Source: Azolla caroliniana
Lineage: Eukaryota > Plantae > Polypodiophyta
DNA length: 64,000 nt
Assembly (NCBI GenBank): GCA_043228905.1
Contig: JBHGNT010000018.1
Span: 6,696,001-6,760,000, forward strand
Direction of reading: 5' to 3'
Each line of letters starts with the position of its first letter. Position 1 is the stretch's first letter. Under the pieces are notes generated by a model, which was not told the origin of the DNA, did not search any database, and saw only the letters and a program-made list of their open reading frames with translations. The translations under genes and the position numbers were made by a program. This document shows positions 9,687 through 22,901 of the stretch, one piece after another.

Positions 9687-11708
9687 ATGGAGAATCAACA
9701 AGAGGCAATGAGTATAACGATGATGATGATGTTCGAGCGGATGCTACAAGAACAACGAGTGATGTCGGAGATCACGGCGGTAGTAAAGCGGCTCGTACAA
9801 CGAAACGGACAATTCAACGGAAACGATCTGTCACGCTATCTACATGACTACAAGGCAGAGATGATACGATGTGGGATACCGGAAGGATTGCAAGTGACAT
9901 CCTTCAATCGGGTGGCCACGGATGAGCTACAAGAGAGAATCCACAAGATACGGCAACAAAACTCGACATGGGGATCATTCGAAGAAGCTTTACGAGAGGC
10001 ATATGATTACAAGAGATCGAAGGGAAAAGATCGGCGAGAATTCGACGAATGGGTGGCATCGGAGAAGACCCACCGAAGTGCAACACAAGCATTCCTAGAG
10101 TTCGAGCATCGTTTTGCTCGACTCTCGGAGCGGGAACGAAGATTGGTGGGAGAAGATAAAGTCTTAATGTTCGTAAGATCGATCGATCGGAAAGAAAGGA
10201 TGGACATTGGGATCGAACTCGAAGATGATGACGGTGCGAACGGCCTTACCGAAGATTGGGCCGAAGTCCAAAGGGTATGCCGGAGACATGATAAGAGGAA
10301 GATGAGAATCTTGTCAACAACATGGCCGATGAAGGATGGTCGATTGAAGACAAACGATGGAGCCGATATGAAGGCCGAAATACAACATGATGGTGCGACG
10401 GAAGAGGGTGTAAAACAAGCTACCCTCTTGTCTTGTGAAAGAACGATGGCGAAGGATAAGGCCGATAATTCAAGTGTAGAAGGAAATTTCGGGATACAAG
10501 TGCCCGAGACATCGGGTCAAAAAGGGGTAAGCATAATAGATGTTTGCATAATTGATGCAGATAAAGAGTGTGAAGCGGATGTGATTAAGGAGGTAGCCAC
10601 AAAAGACGAAATCGAATCGGAGGTGGCTATGGACGAATCAATGGCGGATTGCCATATCGAGACTTCCCCAGCACTGATTCCAGAGACTCCGGCGGTTGCG
10701 ATCGAAAGGCAACGTGAGACCGAAGAGACGGAAGGTGGTGGAGAGAAAACGAATGTCGAAGCCGACGAATACGATGAAGAGATAGCCGAGAAGAATGCTA
10801 AGGGTGAAACTACGAAAGAAGGTAAAACCGAGGATTCATGCCAACAATATCTAGAGACTTCGGCGGTTGTGTCCGAGAACCAACGTGAGACCGGAGAGAC
10901 GGGAGATGGCGGCGAGGAAGGTAAAGTCGGAAGTCGGTTCGGATGGAAAATGATCCATCCGAAATTCCAATCTAAAAGAAAGTGTGACAATGCGGAGGTC
11001 GGGTCTACGACGGGAGAAGCGCGTAATACAGAGCACGCTCTACGGCGAATAAAGAAACGCGTGTTATGGCGAATAAAGAAGCACGCGCTACGGCGAGAAA
11101 AGAAGCATGCATTACAACCACACGAGGACCGAACAACGAGCACATATCGGAGGACCTACGTAGCGAACAACGGAAAGAAGTGCCGAAAGTCGAACCGGAC
11201 AAGGCAGGTGAAAACGAAGAAAAGAAAGCAAATCCGGACGAAAAGAAAAGAAAAGAAACCGACCCGAAAGAGCACTGAATCGGTAAAAACCGATCAACCG
11301 AGTCCGGATCGACCGAATACAAATCGGAAAGGAAGCCGAACTAAACGAAAGACGATCCGACGAGACCGAATCGGAAGTAAGCTAATCCGACTAAACCGAA
11401 AATCCGAAAAGAAGTCGAGATTGATGAAGAAAAGAAAGAGGGCGAGAAAAGATACTACCGCGGATGACAAGGACCAAACGGGCCATGCAAAAAGCGAACG
11501 AAGACTATGGTGGATCGGATGTCGACAATGGTTCGGGTGGAAAGAATGGATGTGCTCCAAATGGAGAGACAAAGTCAACATAACAAGAGAAGTCGAGGGT
11601 ACTACGAGCCGGCAACGAAACCAATCGGGTAGAGACCGGACGGAGGAGACTAACAAACACCAACAACTTCGGCACATACCGGAGGATGTGCGGGTTTGGA
11701 GGGGGTGA
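9687..11708 (+). CDS. gag: Gag-like protein, copy 4
   Basis: Identical translation. Confidence 0.75.
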   Translation: MENQQEAMSITMMMMFERMLQEQRVMSEITAVVKRLVQRNGQFNGNDLSRYLHDYKAEMIRCGIPEGLQVTSFNRVATDELQERIHKIRQQNSTWGSFEEALREAYDYKRSKGKDRREFDEWVASEKTHRSATQAFLEFEHRFARLSERERRLVGEDKVLMFVRSIDRKERMDIGIELEDDDGANGLTEDWAEVQRVCRRHDKRKMRILSTTWPMKDGRLKTNDGADMKAEIQHDGATEEGVKQATLLSCERTMAKDKADNSSVEGNFGIQVPETSGQKGVSIIDVCIIDADKECEADVIKEVATKDEIESEVAMDESMADCHIETSPALIPETPAVAIERQRETEETEGGGEKTNVEADEYDEEIAEKNAKGETTKEGKTEDSCQQYLETSAVVSENQRETGETGDGGEEGKVGSRFGWKMIHPKFQSKRKCDNAEVGSTTGEARNTEHALRRIKKRVLWRIKKHALRREKKHALQPHEDRTTSTYRRTYVANNGKKCRKSNRTRQVKTKKRKQIRTKRKEKKPTRKSTESVKTDQPSPDRPNTNRKGSRTKRKTIRRDRIGSKLIRLNRKSEKKSRLMKKRKRARKDTTADDKDQTGHAKSERRLWWIGCRQWFGWKEWMCSKWRDKVNITREVEGTTSRQRNQSGRDRTEETNKHQQLRHIPEDVRVWRG

Positions 11709-11709
11709 G

Positions 11710-12465
11710 TGTCATAGTGTATTTTGTACACTACGTGAAAAACGTATATAGTATTAGATTCAATAAAAAATGAAGAAATAGAAGAAAATAGCAAAATAAA
11801 TGGAACATGCATAGGGCAAGATTCGAACCTTGCACCTCCATGTTAATAATGTAATGTCTTACCATTACACTAGCATTTCATTAGTGTTAAAGTATAGATG
11901 TCCCACATAGAAAGGTAAATTCACGCTAGGATAAACATTAGAAAAACGCATAACAAAAGAAAAAGCTACACATACACATCTAGCGTGCATGATAAAAAAC
12001 GCACAAGTTAGAAAAAAGCATGATCACTTTAGATAAAGCATATAGTCTATCTATAGGAAAAGCATGGGGTCTATAGTTAGAGAAAAAGCATGGATTACTA
12101 AGACTTTCTCATCACTACATAAGGATGGGGAGCACAATGTAATAGGCGTGTGAAATATTTGGAAATTGGATATATTTCCGAAAACACCAACCGATTAATA
12201 TAATCGTGGGATTCACGAAAATAATATAATCTATACTTGTGGGATTCACAAGTTTCTTATATCTTTCTTTCAATCTAAATACATATTCTTATCTAAATAT
12301 TGATTAATCGAATACAATACACTCGTGGGATTCACGAAATTTCTATCTCTCTTTCTAATAATCTATTCATTACTAGCCTCATCTCATATTCTTCTTTCTC
12401 CTAGTCCAAAACCCCAGTGGTTCCCACCCGACTCACGCAACGATCCGCAGCCGAAAGGCACGACA
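11710..12465 (+). repeat. LTR copy 5
   Basis: Same sequence as 442-1197. Confidence 0.93.
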
Positions 12466-12503
12466 CAGTTGGTGAACCCGACGTGAAGGCGGGTGGCAAG
12501 GAG

Positions 12504-14525
12504 ATGGAGAATCAACAAGAGGCAATGAGTATAACGATGATGATGATGTTCGAGCGGATGCTACAAGAACAACGAGTGATGTCGGAGATCACGGCGGTAG
12601 TAAAGCGGCTCGTACAACGAAACGGACAATTCAACGGAAACGATCTGTCACGCTATCTACATGACTACAAGGCAGAGATGATACGATGTGGGATACCGGA
12701 AGGATTGCAAGTGACATCCTTCAATCGGGTGGCCACGGATGAGCTACAAGAGAGAATCCACAAGATACGGCAACAAAACTCGACATGGGGATCATTCGAA
12801 GAAGCTTTACGAGAGGCATATGATTACAAGAGATCGAAGGGAAAAGATCGGCGAGAATTCGACGAATGGGTGGCATCGGAGAAGACCCACCGAAGTGCAA
12901 CACAAGCATTCCTAGAGTTCGAGCATCGTTTTGCTCGACTCTCGGAGCGGGAACGAAGATTGGTGGGAGAAGATAAAGTCTTAATGTTCGTAAGATCGAT
13001 CGATCGGAAAGAAAGGATGGACATTGGGATCGAACTCGAAGATGATGACGGTGCGAACGGCCTTACCGAAGATTGGGCCGAAGTCCAAAGGGTATGCCGG
13101 AGACATGATAAGAGGAAGATGAGAATCTTGTCAACAACATGGCCGATGAAGGATGGTCGATTGAAGACAAACGATGGAGCCGATATGAAGGCCGAAATAC
13201 AACATGATGGTGCGACGGAAGAGGGTGTAAAACAAGCTACCCTCTTGTCTTGTGAAAGAACGATGGCGAAGGATAAGGCCGATAATTCAAGTGTAGAAGG
13301 AAATTTCGGGATACAAGTGCCCGAGACATCGGGTCAAAAAGGGGTAAGCATAATAGATGTTTGCATAATTGATGCAGATAAAGAGTGTGAAGCGGATGTG
13401 ATTAAGGAGGTAGCCACAAAAGACGAAATCGAATCGGAGGTGGCTATGGACGAATCAATGGCGGATTGCCATATCGAGACTTCCCCAGCACTGATTCCAG
13501 AGACTCCGGCGGTTGCGATCGAAAGGCAACGTGAGACCGAAGAGACGGAAGGTGGTGGAGAGAAAACGAATGTCGAAGCCGACGAATACGATGAAGAGAT
13601 AGCCGAGAAGAATGCTAAGGGTGAAACTACGAAAGAAGGTAAAACCGAGGATTCATGCCAACAATATCTAGAGACTTCGGCGGTTGTGTCCGAGAACCAA
13701 CGTGAGACCGGAGAGACGGGAGATGGCGGCGAGGAAGGTAAAGTCGGAAGTCGGTTCGGATGGAAAATGATCCATCCGAAATTCCAATCTAAAAGAAAGT
13801 GTGACAATGCGGAGGTCGGGTCTACGACGGGAGAAGCGCGTAATACAGAGCACGCTCTACGGCGAATAAAGAAACGCGTGTTATGGCGAATAAAGAAGCA
13901 CGCGCTACGGCGAGAAAAGAAGCATGCATTACAACCACACGAGGACCGAACAACGAGCACATATCGGAGGACCTACGTAGCGAACAACGGAAAGAAGTGC
14001 CGAAAGTCGAACCGGACAAGGCAGGTGAAAACGAAGAAAAGAAAGCAAATCCGGACGAAAAGAAAAGAAAAGAAACCGACCCGAAAGAGCACTGAATCGG
14101 TAAAAACCGATCAACCGAGTCCGGATCGACCGAATACAAATCGGAAAGGAAGCCGAACTAAACGAAAGACGATCCGACGAGACCGAATCGGAAGTAAGCT
14201 AATCCGACTAAACCGAAAATCCGAAAAGAAGTCGAGATTGATGAAGAAAAGAAAGAGGGCGAGAAAAGATACTACCGCGGATGACAAGGACCAAACGGGC
14301 CATGCAAAAAGCGAACGAAGACTATGGTGGATCGGATGTCGACAATGGTTCGGGTGGAAAGAATGGATGTGCTCCAAATGGAGAGACAAAGTCAACATAA
14401 CAAGAGAAGTCGAGGGTACTACGAGCCGGCAACGAAACCAATCGGGTAGAGACCGGACGGAGGAGACTAACAAACACCAACAACTTCGGCACATACCGGA
14501 GGATGTGCGGGTTTGGAGGGGGTGA
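12504..14525 (+). CDS. gag: Gag-like protein, copy 5
   Basis: Identical translation. Confidence 0.75.
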   Translation: MENQQEAMSITMMMMFERMLQEQRVMSEITAVVKRLVQRNGQFNGNDLSRYLHDYKAEMIRCGIPEGLQVTSFNRVATDELQERIHKIRQQNSTWGSFEEALREAYDYKRSKGKDRREFDEWVASEKTHRSATQAFLEFEHRFARLSERERRLVGEDKVLMFVRSIDRKERMDIGIELEDDDGANGLTEDWAEVQRVCRRHDKRKMRILSTTWPMKDGRLKTNDGADMKAEIQHDGATEEGVKQATLLSCERTMAKDKADNSSVEGNFGIQVPETSGQKGVSIIDVCIIDADKECEADVIKEVATKDEIESEVAMDESMADCHIETSPALIPETPAVAIERQRETEETEGGGEKTNVEADEYDEEIAEKNAKGETTKEGKTEDSCQQYLETSAVVSENQRETGETGDGGEEGKVGSRFGWKMIHPKFQSKRKCDNAEVGSTTGEARNTEHALRRIKKRVLWRIKKHALRREKKHALQPHEDRTTSTYRRTYVANNGKKCRKSNRTRQVKTKKRKQIRTKRKEKKPTRKSTESVKTDQPSPDRPNTNRKGSRTKRKTIRRDRIGSKLIRLNRKSEKKSRLMKKRKRARKDTTADDKDQTGHAKSERRLWWIGCRQWFGWKEWMCSKWRDKVNITREVEGTTSRQRNQSGRDRTEETNKHQQLRHIPEDVRVWRG

Positions 14526-14526
14526 G

Positions 14527-15282
14527 TGTCATAGTGTATTTTGTACACTACGTGAAAAACGTATATAGTATTAGATTCAATAAAAAATGAAGAAATAGAA
14601 GAAAATAGCAAAATAAATGGAACATGCATAGGGCAAGATTCGAACCTTGCACCTCCATGTTAATAATGTAATGTCTTACCATTACACTAGCATTTCATTA
14701 GTGTTAAAGTATAGATGTCCCACATAGAAAGGTAAATTCACGCTAGGATAAACATTAGAAAAACGCATAACAAAAGAAAAAGCTACACATACACATCTAG
14801 CGTGCATGATAAAAAACGCACAAGTTAGAAAAAAGCATGATCACTTTAGATAAAGCATATAGTCTATCTATAGGAAAAGCATGGGGTCTATAGTTAGAGA
14901 AAAAGCATGGATTACTAAGACTTTCTCATCACTACATAAGGATGGGGAGCACAATGTAATAGGCGTGTGAAATATTTGGAAATTGGATATATTTCCGAAA
15001 ACACCAACCGATTAATATAATCGTGGGATTCACGAAAATAATATAATCTATACTTGTGGGATTCACAAGTTTCTTATATCTTTCTTTCAATCTAAATACA
15101 TATTCTTATCTAAATATTGATTAATCGAATACAATACACTCGTGGGATTCACGAAATTTCTATCTCTCTTTCTAATAATCTATTCATTACTAGCCTCATC
15201 TCATATTCTTCTTTCTCCTAGTCCAAAACCCCAGTGGTTCCCACCCGACTCACGCAACGATCCGCAGCCGAAAGGCACGACA
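14527..15282 (+). repeat. Terminal (3') LTR of the array
   Basis: Ends in CACGACA followed by ACGT and host sequence, not by a PBS. Confidence 0.93.
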
Positions 15283-16299
15283 ACGTATCGAGTTCCTGTA
15301 TAAAACAAGAACTTGAAAGAGGAATATTGTTTTTTGTGAGAAAAGATATCAAACTTTCTCAATATGTGTTCGTGAACCTCTTTGGGGACCTTGTAGACAA
15401 TGTTGTATCCCTTTACCTTGTGCTTTGCTCGACTCTTAGTGAACTTGATTGTGATGACAACGTCAACATACATTGTTGCAGTGGGTGCATCTTTTAATAA
15501 TGCATACGTGTTCTTGCATTGTGGTAACTTTGCATAGTAGTTGCCATACACGACACACTCACCAACATTGAACATGTTGCACCAACCGTCCCTCACGACT
15601 TCTTCCAATATTGTATTTCCTTGCTTGCATACCACAATGTAGTAGTCTTCAAAATCTTCATTTTGAGGAGATTTGAGCACTGCAAAATGATGTCCAACTT
15701 CCAATAATACTACCAAGTCCTCACATTGGTTGTAGTATACAATATTGTCTGCATGTCCGTCTTCCTGGATATCCACACATTGTTCAATCTCAAGCTTTTG
15801 TAGCTTCCATGGCTCCACAATTGATAGCTTGGTGCATTCATCCCAAGCTTCATCTAAACACATGGAACAAAAGCACGATAAACTGTGGAATAACAATTGT
15901 GTTGTGTCCCTGCGACTAAACCCTAAAACACAATGGGTCTTGCGCGTCCCTGTCACAGTTTTACAACCATACGATTTACTCCTATCCACCTCATTAGCAC
16001 CAACCTCAATAAACAATCTATTCTTACCATCATTTGACATATTCCATGTCAGCCACTCCACAACGTCATGTGCATTTTGTAACTTCGCACCTTTATTATC
16101 CAACTGTTCACTTGTAAGAGCACGTTTGATCACAGCCGCTGCGCCATTGTGCTCTCCTTTTCCATGTCCAGACCCAAAGTAGTTCCATTGCATCCTAATG
16201 TTTGTCAATGAGAAGTATCTGGGTGTTTTGCATGACAGTTAGCCAACAAACAGAGTTAGTGCATTACTGGAGCTTACATCTCTTACCATGACTTAAACC

Positions 16300-17100
16300 A
16301 AAATTTCCACTAATGCACGAGAGAGGACAATACTAAGTTATAAATTAAAAGACATGAACAAGAGAGGACAATACTAAGTTATAAATTAAAAGAAATGAAT
16401 GAGAGAGGATAGTACTAAGCTATTGATTAGTACTAATGCATGAGAGAGGACAATCCTAAGTTATAACTTGGTCTTAATGAACAAGGTTGGACAGTACTAA
16501 GTTAATAATTAGTAGTAATGAACATAGTTGGATAGTTCTCATGCTAATAATTAGTACTAATGTTTGTACTAATGGGCCATGACAATCATAAGTTATAAAC
16601 TTGTGTTAATGAACAAAGTTGGACAGTACTAAGTTATAATTTAGTACTAATGCACTAGAGAGACCCATCCTAATCAGTACTAATGAAAAAAGTTATAAAT
16701 GAGTAGTAATGACTGAAAGAAGATAGTACTAAGTTATTCATTAGTACTAATGCACGACAGAGGACAATGCTAAGTTACAAATTAGTACTCCTGCCTGTGG
16801 GATGACACCACAAAGTTATCAATTAGTACTTGTGAATGCGGGATCTGAGTACTAAGTTGTAAAACATAGTCAGTACTTGTGCATGTGGGATGATAGTACT
16901 AAGTTGTAAAATAAGGGTACTTTACAAGGCGTTGAACCGTAGTCAGTAATTGTGCATGTGGGATGATACTACTAAGTTATAAAATAAGGATACTTTTCAA
17001 GGCTTTGAACCATACATACAAGACTTACACCATAATTAGTACAAACATTTCAAGATAGTACTGGTGCATGTAGTAGGAGAATTACTAATTGTATTTTATA
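16300..17100. repeat. Degenerate AT-rich minisatellite (AGTACTAAGTTATAA/TAGTACTAATG motif) in the transposase intron
   Basis: Many diverged copies of gtactaagtt/agtactaatg; boundaries approximate. Confidence 0.75.
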
Positions 17101-17198
17101 CAAACATTTTTTATGACTGTTCATATAATATTCGTACTGGTAGGAAACTCAAGCAATAGATGATGTACTATGAAGTATTACCAAAATAGACTTCCCGT

Positions 17199-17921
17199 TG
17201 TCGTGCCTTTCGGCTCCGGATCGTTTGCGTGAGTCGGGTGGGAACCACCGGGGTTTTGGACTAGGAGAAAAGAAAAATACAAATAAGGCTAGTAAAGAAT
17301 AGGTATAAAGAGTTATAAGATAAAAATCTCGTGAATCCCACGAGTTTAGTATATTTAGTCAATATTTAGGTAGTAAGAGAGAATTATTTTAGCAAATTCG
17401 TGAATCCCACGAATATTTTAGATTGATTGATCATTATAGAAAAATAATCAACAAAAACTACAATGTGCTCCCCATCCTTATATAGTGATGGGAGAGACTA
17501 AGCATAACTACATGCTTTTTCTAATATGTTCATGCACACTAAATGTGCATGTGATGTTTTTCTAATCCTTGCTTTTATTTGCTAAATATAGTGCTCATGC
17601 ACGCTAGATGTGCATGAGTCACTTTTTAGTTGCTTGCGTTTTTCTATAAAATATTCACGCACTCTAAAAATGCATGATTTACCTTTTTAATAAAGGTAGG
17701 CGCAAATAAAGCACTTATAGTTATTAAATCTATTTATAGAACACTAAAGATAAGGTAGCATAATGGTAAAGTTGAGGTTTGGCTACGTGAAGGTACAAGG
17801 TTTGAATCTTGCCCTATGCACGTGATAAATATCTTGATATATTATTTTATTTATTTATATGTAATTAAATCGGTTATATTATTTTTACTTTTTCACGTAG
17901 TGTACGAAATACACTACGACA
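17199..17921 (-). mobile_element. Solo LTR of a diverged subtype of the array family, 4-bp TSD CCGT
   Basis: Both ends are reverse complements of the array LTR ends; CCGT at 17195-17198 and 17922-17925. Confidence 0.92.
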
Positions 17922-20900
17922 CCGTTATAAGTACCAATCATATGGATTATTTCCTTACCTTGCAATGAAGTAGAAGAACCGAGCCGCCTTAAATTGCGAG
18001 GCAGCACCATCAGACCAGACCCAATGGCAATAACAGTTAACACCCAAGGACAATAAATCTACGTGGTGAAGCTTAAAACAATGTTGAACAAATAGTGTAT
18101 CATGCTTTTTATCATCTGAAATATAGAATATTGATTTCTTATGTAGCTCACCATCTTTTCTCCAATAGAAAATATGTACAAGTATTGTACATTGGTCATT
18201 GTACCAATGCATTGACTGAACCTCATTTTGAACTTTAAAGGTATAGTTCTCTGCAAAGTCAATAATAGATACCATAACATCTAGTGGTAAGTTATTTATA
18301 CATTCCTTGAACTATGAATTTTGCCAATAACTCCTAAAGTTATGTGGAATGAACTCCTCGAGTTGCTTCTTAAACTTTGAGACAAGGGTAGCAGCACATG
18401 TCTCCTTATATACTTCCTTGATATGCTTACTAACGAGACCCTTACCTATATTTTCTGTCATATACTCTAAATATTTCCATTTCACAATATGACAGTTATC
18501 CACGTCAACCTCCTGTCTACAAAATAATGGTTGTGGGCAAACCTTACATGTTCTGACAAGACATGTACGATTATGCCACTCAAATGATGGTTGTTTTTCA
18601 CAAACAAAAGACCTCCATAACTCAGAAACTGTTGCATAAGTCATGTTTCGCGCATTACATCTATTACCACTCCCATTTGGTCTACATACCTCACAAGTGC
18701 AAACACACCCATCCCCGTGTATACCCTTAGAATCAGTATGCATACTATTCACGCCAAGCCTTAACATGTCCATTTTAATGTGGTACACACAACAACATGT
18801 GTTCCTCTCCTTTAACTTCCTAACAAAAAATGGTTTCAAACCTTGGAACTTGCGAAATCCAAGATTGATGCTAGGATGTTGGTCTTTGAAGTTCATGAAC
18901 AATTCAGCCTACATCACTCAATAAATAGGTAACATTAATAGAAGAATTTAGTAAACAACAAAATATTTAAAACCAAATAGATAAAACATTGAATTACCTC
19001 AGTCATCTCCAAGAAGTGTCTTGGGTGAATCTGGTACCTACCCCAACTTATATGTTGTCTACATACATCTTTTTTATTCGGTGAGACATGTGTGTTTTTT
19101 GCCCAAAAGGAACCCATGTCCTCAACGGGCTAACCCCAACCACTTAAATTGATTTGATTGTATATTTGTCTGATGCTTCCTCAAGTTCCTTCTTTGGATA
19201 CCAAGTGCTAAGGCAACTTTAGTATCACTATATTTTTTTTTCGTTGTACCATTTACAACCATGTGAAGGGCTAATCTCTTTGCACCAAACTTATCTATGC
19301 TCTCTACCCCTTTCACTAAGTGTAGGGATGACTTCATACACTCTACAATTTCCTCTAAAACACATTGGTCCCTAAACTTAATATTCTCCATGTCTTCATT
19401 CAAAAGTTGATGGTGTAACACTCTAGAGATAATATCCCTACGATCCTCCAAGCTAAATCTCTCAATTACTTCTAGTAAACAACGGACTATGTGAAGAACC
19501 ACCCATCTCTTGCTCCTCTCAGACATAGATTTGTTAAGGGACACCTCGGTCTCCTCATCGATGACCATTGTCACTCTCATATATTCCAGCACCTAATTTC
19601 TTGTTATTTCAACACCTAATTAATCAGAATAAGTGCTTAATACATCGTAAAATAAACATAGTTAATACCCCATAGCATAAACATCAACCGGAAATCGGAT
19701 AAACATTTGAGAGTTTGCCACAATCATATATTCCTTTTCCAAAACAATTAACTTTTAAGAAATAATTGCATCAATTAACTTGTTGTTTCAAATACATAAG
19801 TTTTATGACTCACAAGATGATGAGATGCATGCATACTATTTACATCATGAAGTCTTCTTAACTAGAGTTTAAGACTAAGATAAGTATAACATAACTCATG
19901 TTATGTATGAGTTCATAACACAAACACTATTCATTTACTTTTTCCATCAAAAACGCCCCCATCAATGAAATTCAAATCTGCTGATTCTTCAAACCGTTTA
20001 TCAAGCCTTATTAACATATTGGTATTCATGTTAAACGTTTCAATCCATATAAAACCTTAACATGGATCAATTTAAGACTCCCCTGAAGATTGCCAGAACA
20101 TGCAAACACAATTTATGTTTTACGTTTTCCATGATGAAAAACTAATGTCAACTCAAACTGTATATTTTGCTGCTCCTGACTGGTCATTTTACAAGCCCAA
20201 CTTGGATGTTGCTAATCCATTATATCATTAAAACATCCACTATGATCAGTAAAATGACCAGAAGCACTTGGTTGAAACCATTGGTCAGGACATTACAGAC
20301 TCCAAATATGTAGATTCTAACAACTTGGCTAACAAGGCTAGTGTAAATATTTCAAATTCATGTTATCATATCATGTTTACATTATTTTAAGATTCCTATT
20401 CAACATTAATCTTCATACGTGCCCATTTAAGATTGCTAGAGTATACATTCAATTAACAGTACTGTATACAAATAACCACTTTATAGACATAGGCGCAGAC
20501 ATACCGAGTGAAAGAGAAGATGGAGAAGACATATCGATGGAAGGAGAAGATGGGGAAGACGAGTGACACAGAGAACAACAAAACGACATTTCGAGTGCGC
20601 TATGAAGAGCTGAGTTGGAAGGTGGAAGACCAGAGAGCGTTGTGAAGACCTGAGTTGGAAGGCAGAAGACCAAAGTGTGTTGTGAAGACCTGCGTTGTCT
20701 CAGTTGGAAGGCAGAAGAGGAGACGTCTGGGAGAAGCACCAAAAGGATTTAATGTGGCGTCCTAAATTAAACGTGAGGGGGAAATAACCCCCAAAACAGT
20801 CATGAATACGCAACAACTGTCCCCCCACCCATTCCCGGACTTTAATGCAACGTACACCACTCCCTAAAATGATTTTAATTATTTTTGATTTTTTTAAAAA

Positions 20901-22808
20901 TCACTCAGTCCTAACAGTACTCGTGATTTTTTTGGCCAAAAACAATACTTTTTTGGTACACCGTAGCGTGCTTCAACCCGACTATACAAGGAGGTGGGGT
21001 GTTCACACACTTGAGTATCCTAGAATGTGTTCCCACTCACGGGAAATTGAGTTGATTCTCAACATGCCCCTTCAAATGCAACTTCTGGACACTGAAAAGT
21101 TGGTTCGGTTCGGTCTTCGAGATTCTTCAATTCAGCTATTTGGCTGAATTGGCTTCAGCTTAACCAACTTCCGATCGTTAGATGGTTGGTTTGGATTGGT
21201 CTCTGGGTTGGCGACTCTGGCTTCGGCTTCAAATGGTCTTCGGGATACTTCGATTCGGCTGTTCGTCTGAATCAACTTCGGCTTAACAGGTTCGTCGTTA
21301 TAACTTGTCATACTTGTCATACTCCCCCTCAAACTTGGCTGGTCGACGATCGAGAGACCCAGTTATGTCATGAACTGCCGCAACTTGTCGACTCCCAGAG
21401 CCTTGGTGAAGATGTCGACCATCTACAGGTTTGTGTTGATGTGTTGCAAGTCGACATCCCCGACCAGAACTTGAGCTTAGTGTACTTCGATGTGCTTAGT
21501 CTGAGCATGGAAGACAGGGTTCCAAGCAAGGTGAATACTGCTCATGTTGTCGCAATAGAGGAGAATCTGATCCTTGATGGGAACACTCGGATCCGGTAAG
21601 ATTCTCTTGAGCCAAATGACTTCACATGCGGCGATGGCCGCACTCTTGTATTCGGCTTCGGTGCTTGACAATGCGACTATAGGTTGCTTCTTACTACTCC
21701 ACGATATGGCGCCATTGCCGAGAGAGAAAACAAATCTGGATGTTGATTTTCGGTCGGCTTTGTAGCCGGTCCAATCGGCATTGCTATACCCTTTGAGTCG
21801 AATTAGTGTGTCTTATTTGTAGAGGATACCAAAAGCCATCGTTCCACTCACATACCTTAGCACTCTCTTAGCATAGTCGAGATGGATGTCTCGCAGAGTT
21901 TGCATGAACTGGCTAAGGAGGCCAACCGGGTAGCTCAGGTTGGGTCGGGTAATTGTGAGGTAGATGGGGCTTCCAACTAGATGAGGATAGAGCATCGGCT
22001 CACACTCTCTTGTGCTTGAATCGACATCTAGCTTTAGATTTCGATCGAGAGGGGTTGTGATGGGCTTACACTGTGTCATCACAAACTTGTAAAGAAGATT
22101 GAGGATATAACGGCTTTGAGAAAACACGATGCTGTATGGAGTCCGAATTACTTCTATTCCTAGAAAGTAATGAAGCTCCTTCATGTATTTCATTTCAAAT
22201 CGGTTGGAGAGGAGCTTCTTGATGTGCTCAATATATACGAGATGCTCTCTTCCTATGACCAAGTCATCCACATAAATGATGATAAATACATGTCCTTTGG
22301 AGTCACTCCGAATGAACAGAGATTCGTTAGACTTGGACATGTTGAAGCTGATTTGATGAAGATACTAGGTTATCATTGAGTGCCATGCTCTCGGTGCCTG
22401 CTTGAGACCATATGGAGGCTTTTTGAGTCGGTAGACAACAATCGGATGCGTGGTCGACCCGAATCTGGGTAGTTGTATCATGTACACCTCCTCTTCTAAC
22501 TCGCCTTGGAGGAAGGAGTTCTTCATGTCCATTTGGTGGAGGTGCCACCCTTTTGCTTCTGCAAGCGTGATCACGGTTCGAATTGTAGTCATCTTTGCCA
22601 CCAGGGCAAAGGAGTCTTCATAATCGACACCGTGCGTTTATGCGTAGCCCTTTGCCACAAGTTGAGCCTTGTATTGATTGACAATGCCGTTGGCGTTGTG
22701 ATTCACTTTGAAGATCCACCAACATCCAATTGCCTTTTGGTGGTGTGAAGAAGGGACAAGATCCCATGTCTCGTTCTTGGAGAGTGCTTGCATCTCCTCA
22801 TTCATTGC

Positions 22809-22847
22809 TGTAAACGTAAGTGTTTGCGGAAGCGTAAAACAAAGAAC

Positions 22848-22901
<54 letters not shown>

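Larger units (their letters stand above)
1..15282 (+). mobile_element. Tandem array of a Gag-only, non-autonomous (TR-GAG-like) LTR retrotransposon; 2817-bp unit with shared LTRs; continues beyond the left window edge
   Basis: Exact 2817-bp periodicity (ORF starts 1149, 3966, 6783, 9600, 12417). Each unit is LTR (TGTC...GACA) + PBS + ORF + PPT. The array ends cleanly at an LTR end (15282) followed by ACGT and unrelated sequence. Confidence 0.95.
15283..19592 (-). pseudogene. Intron-containing DDD/E DNA transposase pseudogene, Sola-like (probably Sola2-type)
   Basis: Motifs CCCVYH, IDFAENY..Q.E.QSMHW, ISDD..HD, WSDGAASQFK, FGSGHGKGEHNG. In-frame GT-AG introns at 18997-18909 and 17958-16219. 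Premature TAG at 18312-18314 and a frameshift near 18300. Superfamily assigned from remembered motifs. Confidence 0.72.

Noticed and set aside
26-14629. Recurring antisense and alternative-frame ORFs in the array (172, 208, 105, 70 aa, etc.)
   Set aside because: Shadow ORFs of the purine-rich Gag strand with no recognisable domains; they recur only because the unit repeats
15201-15282. C-terminus of the 335-aa ORF and the 87-aa ORF at 15234
   Set aside because: Chimeric read-through across the LTR/host junction
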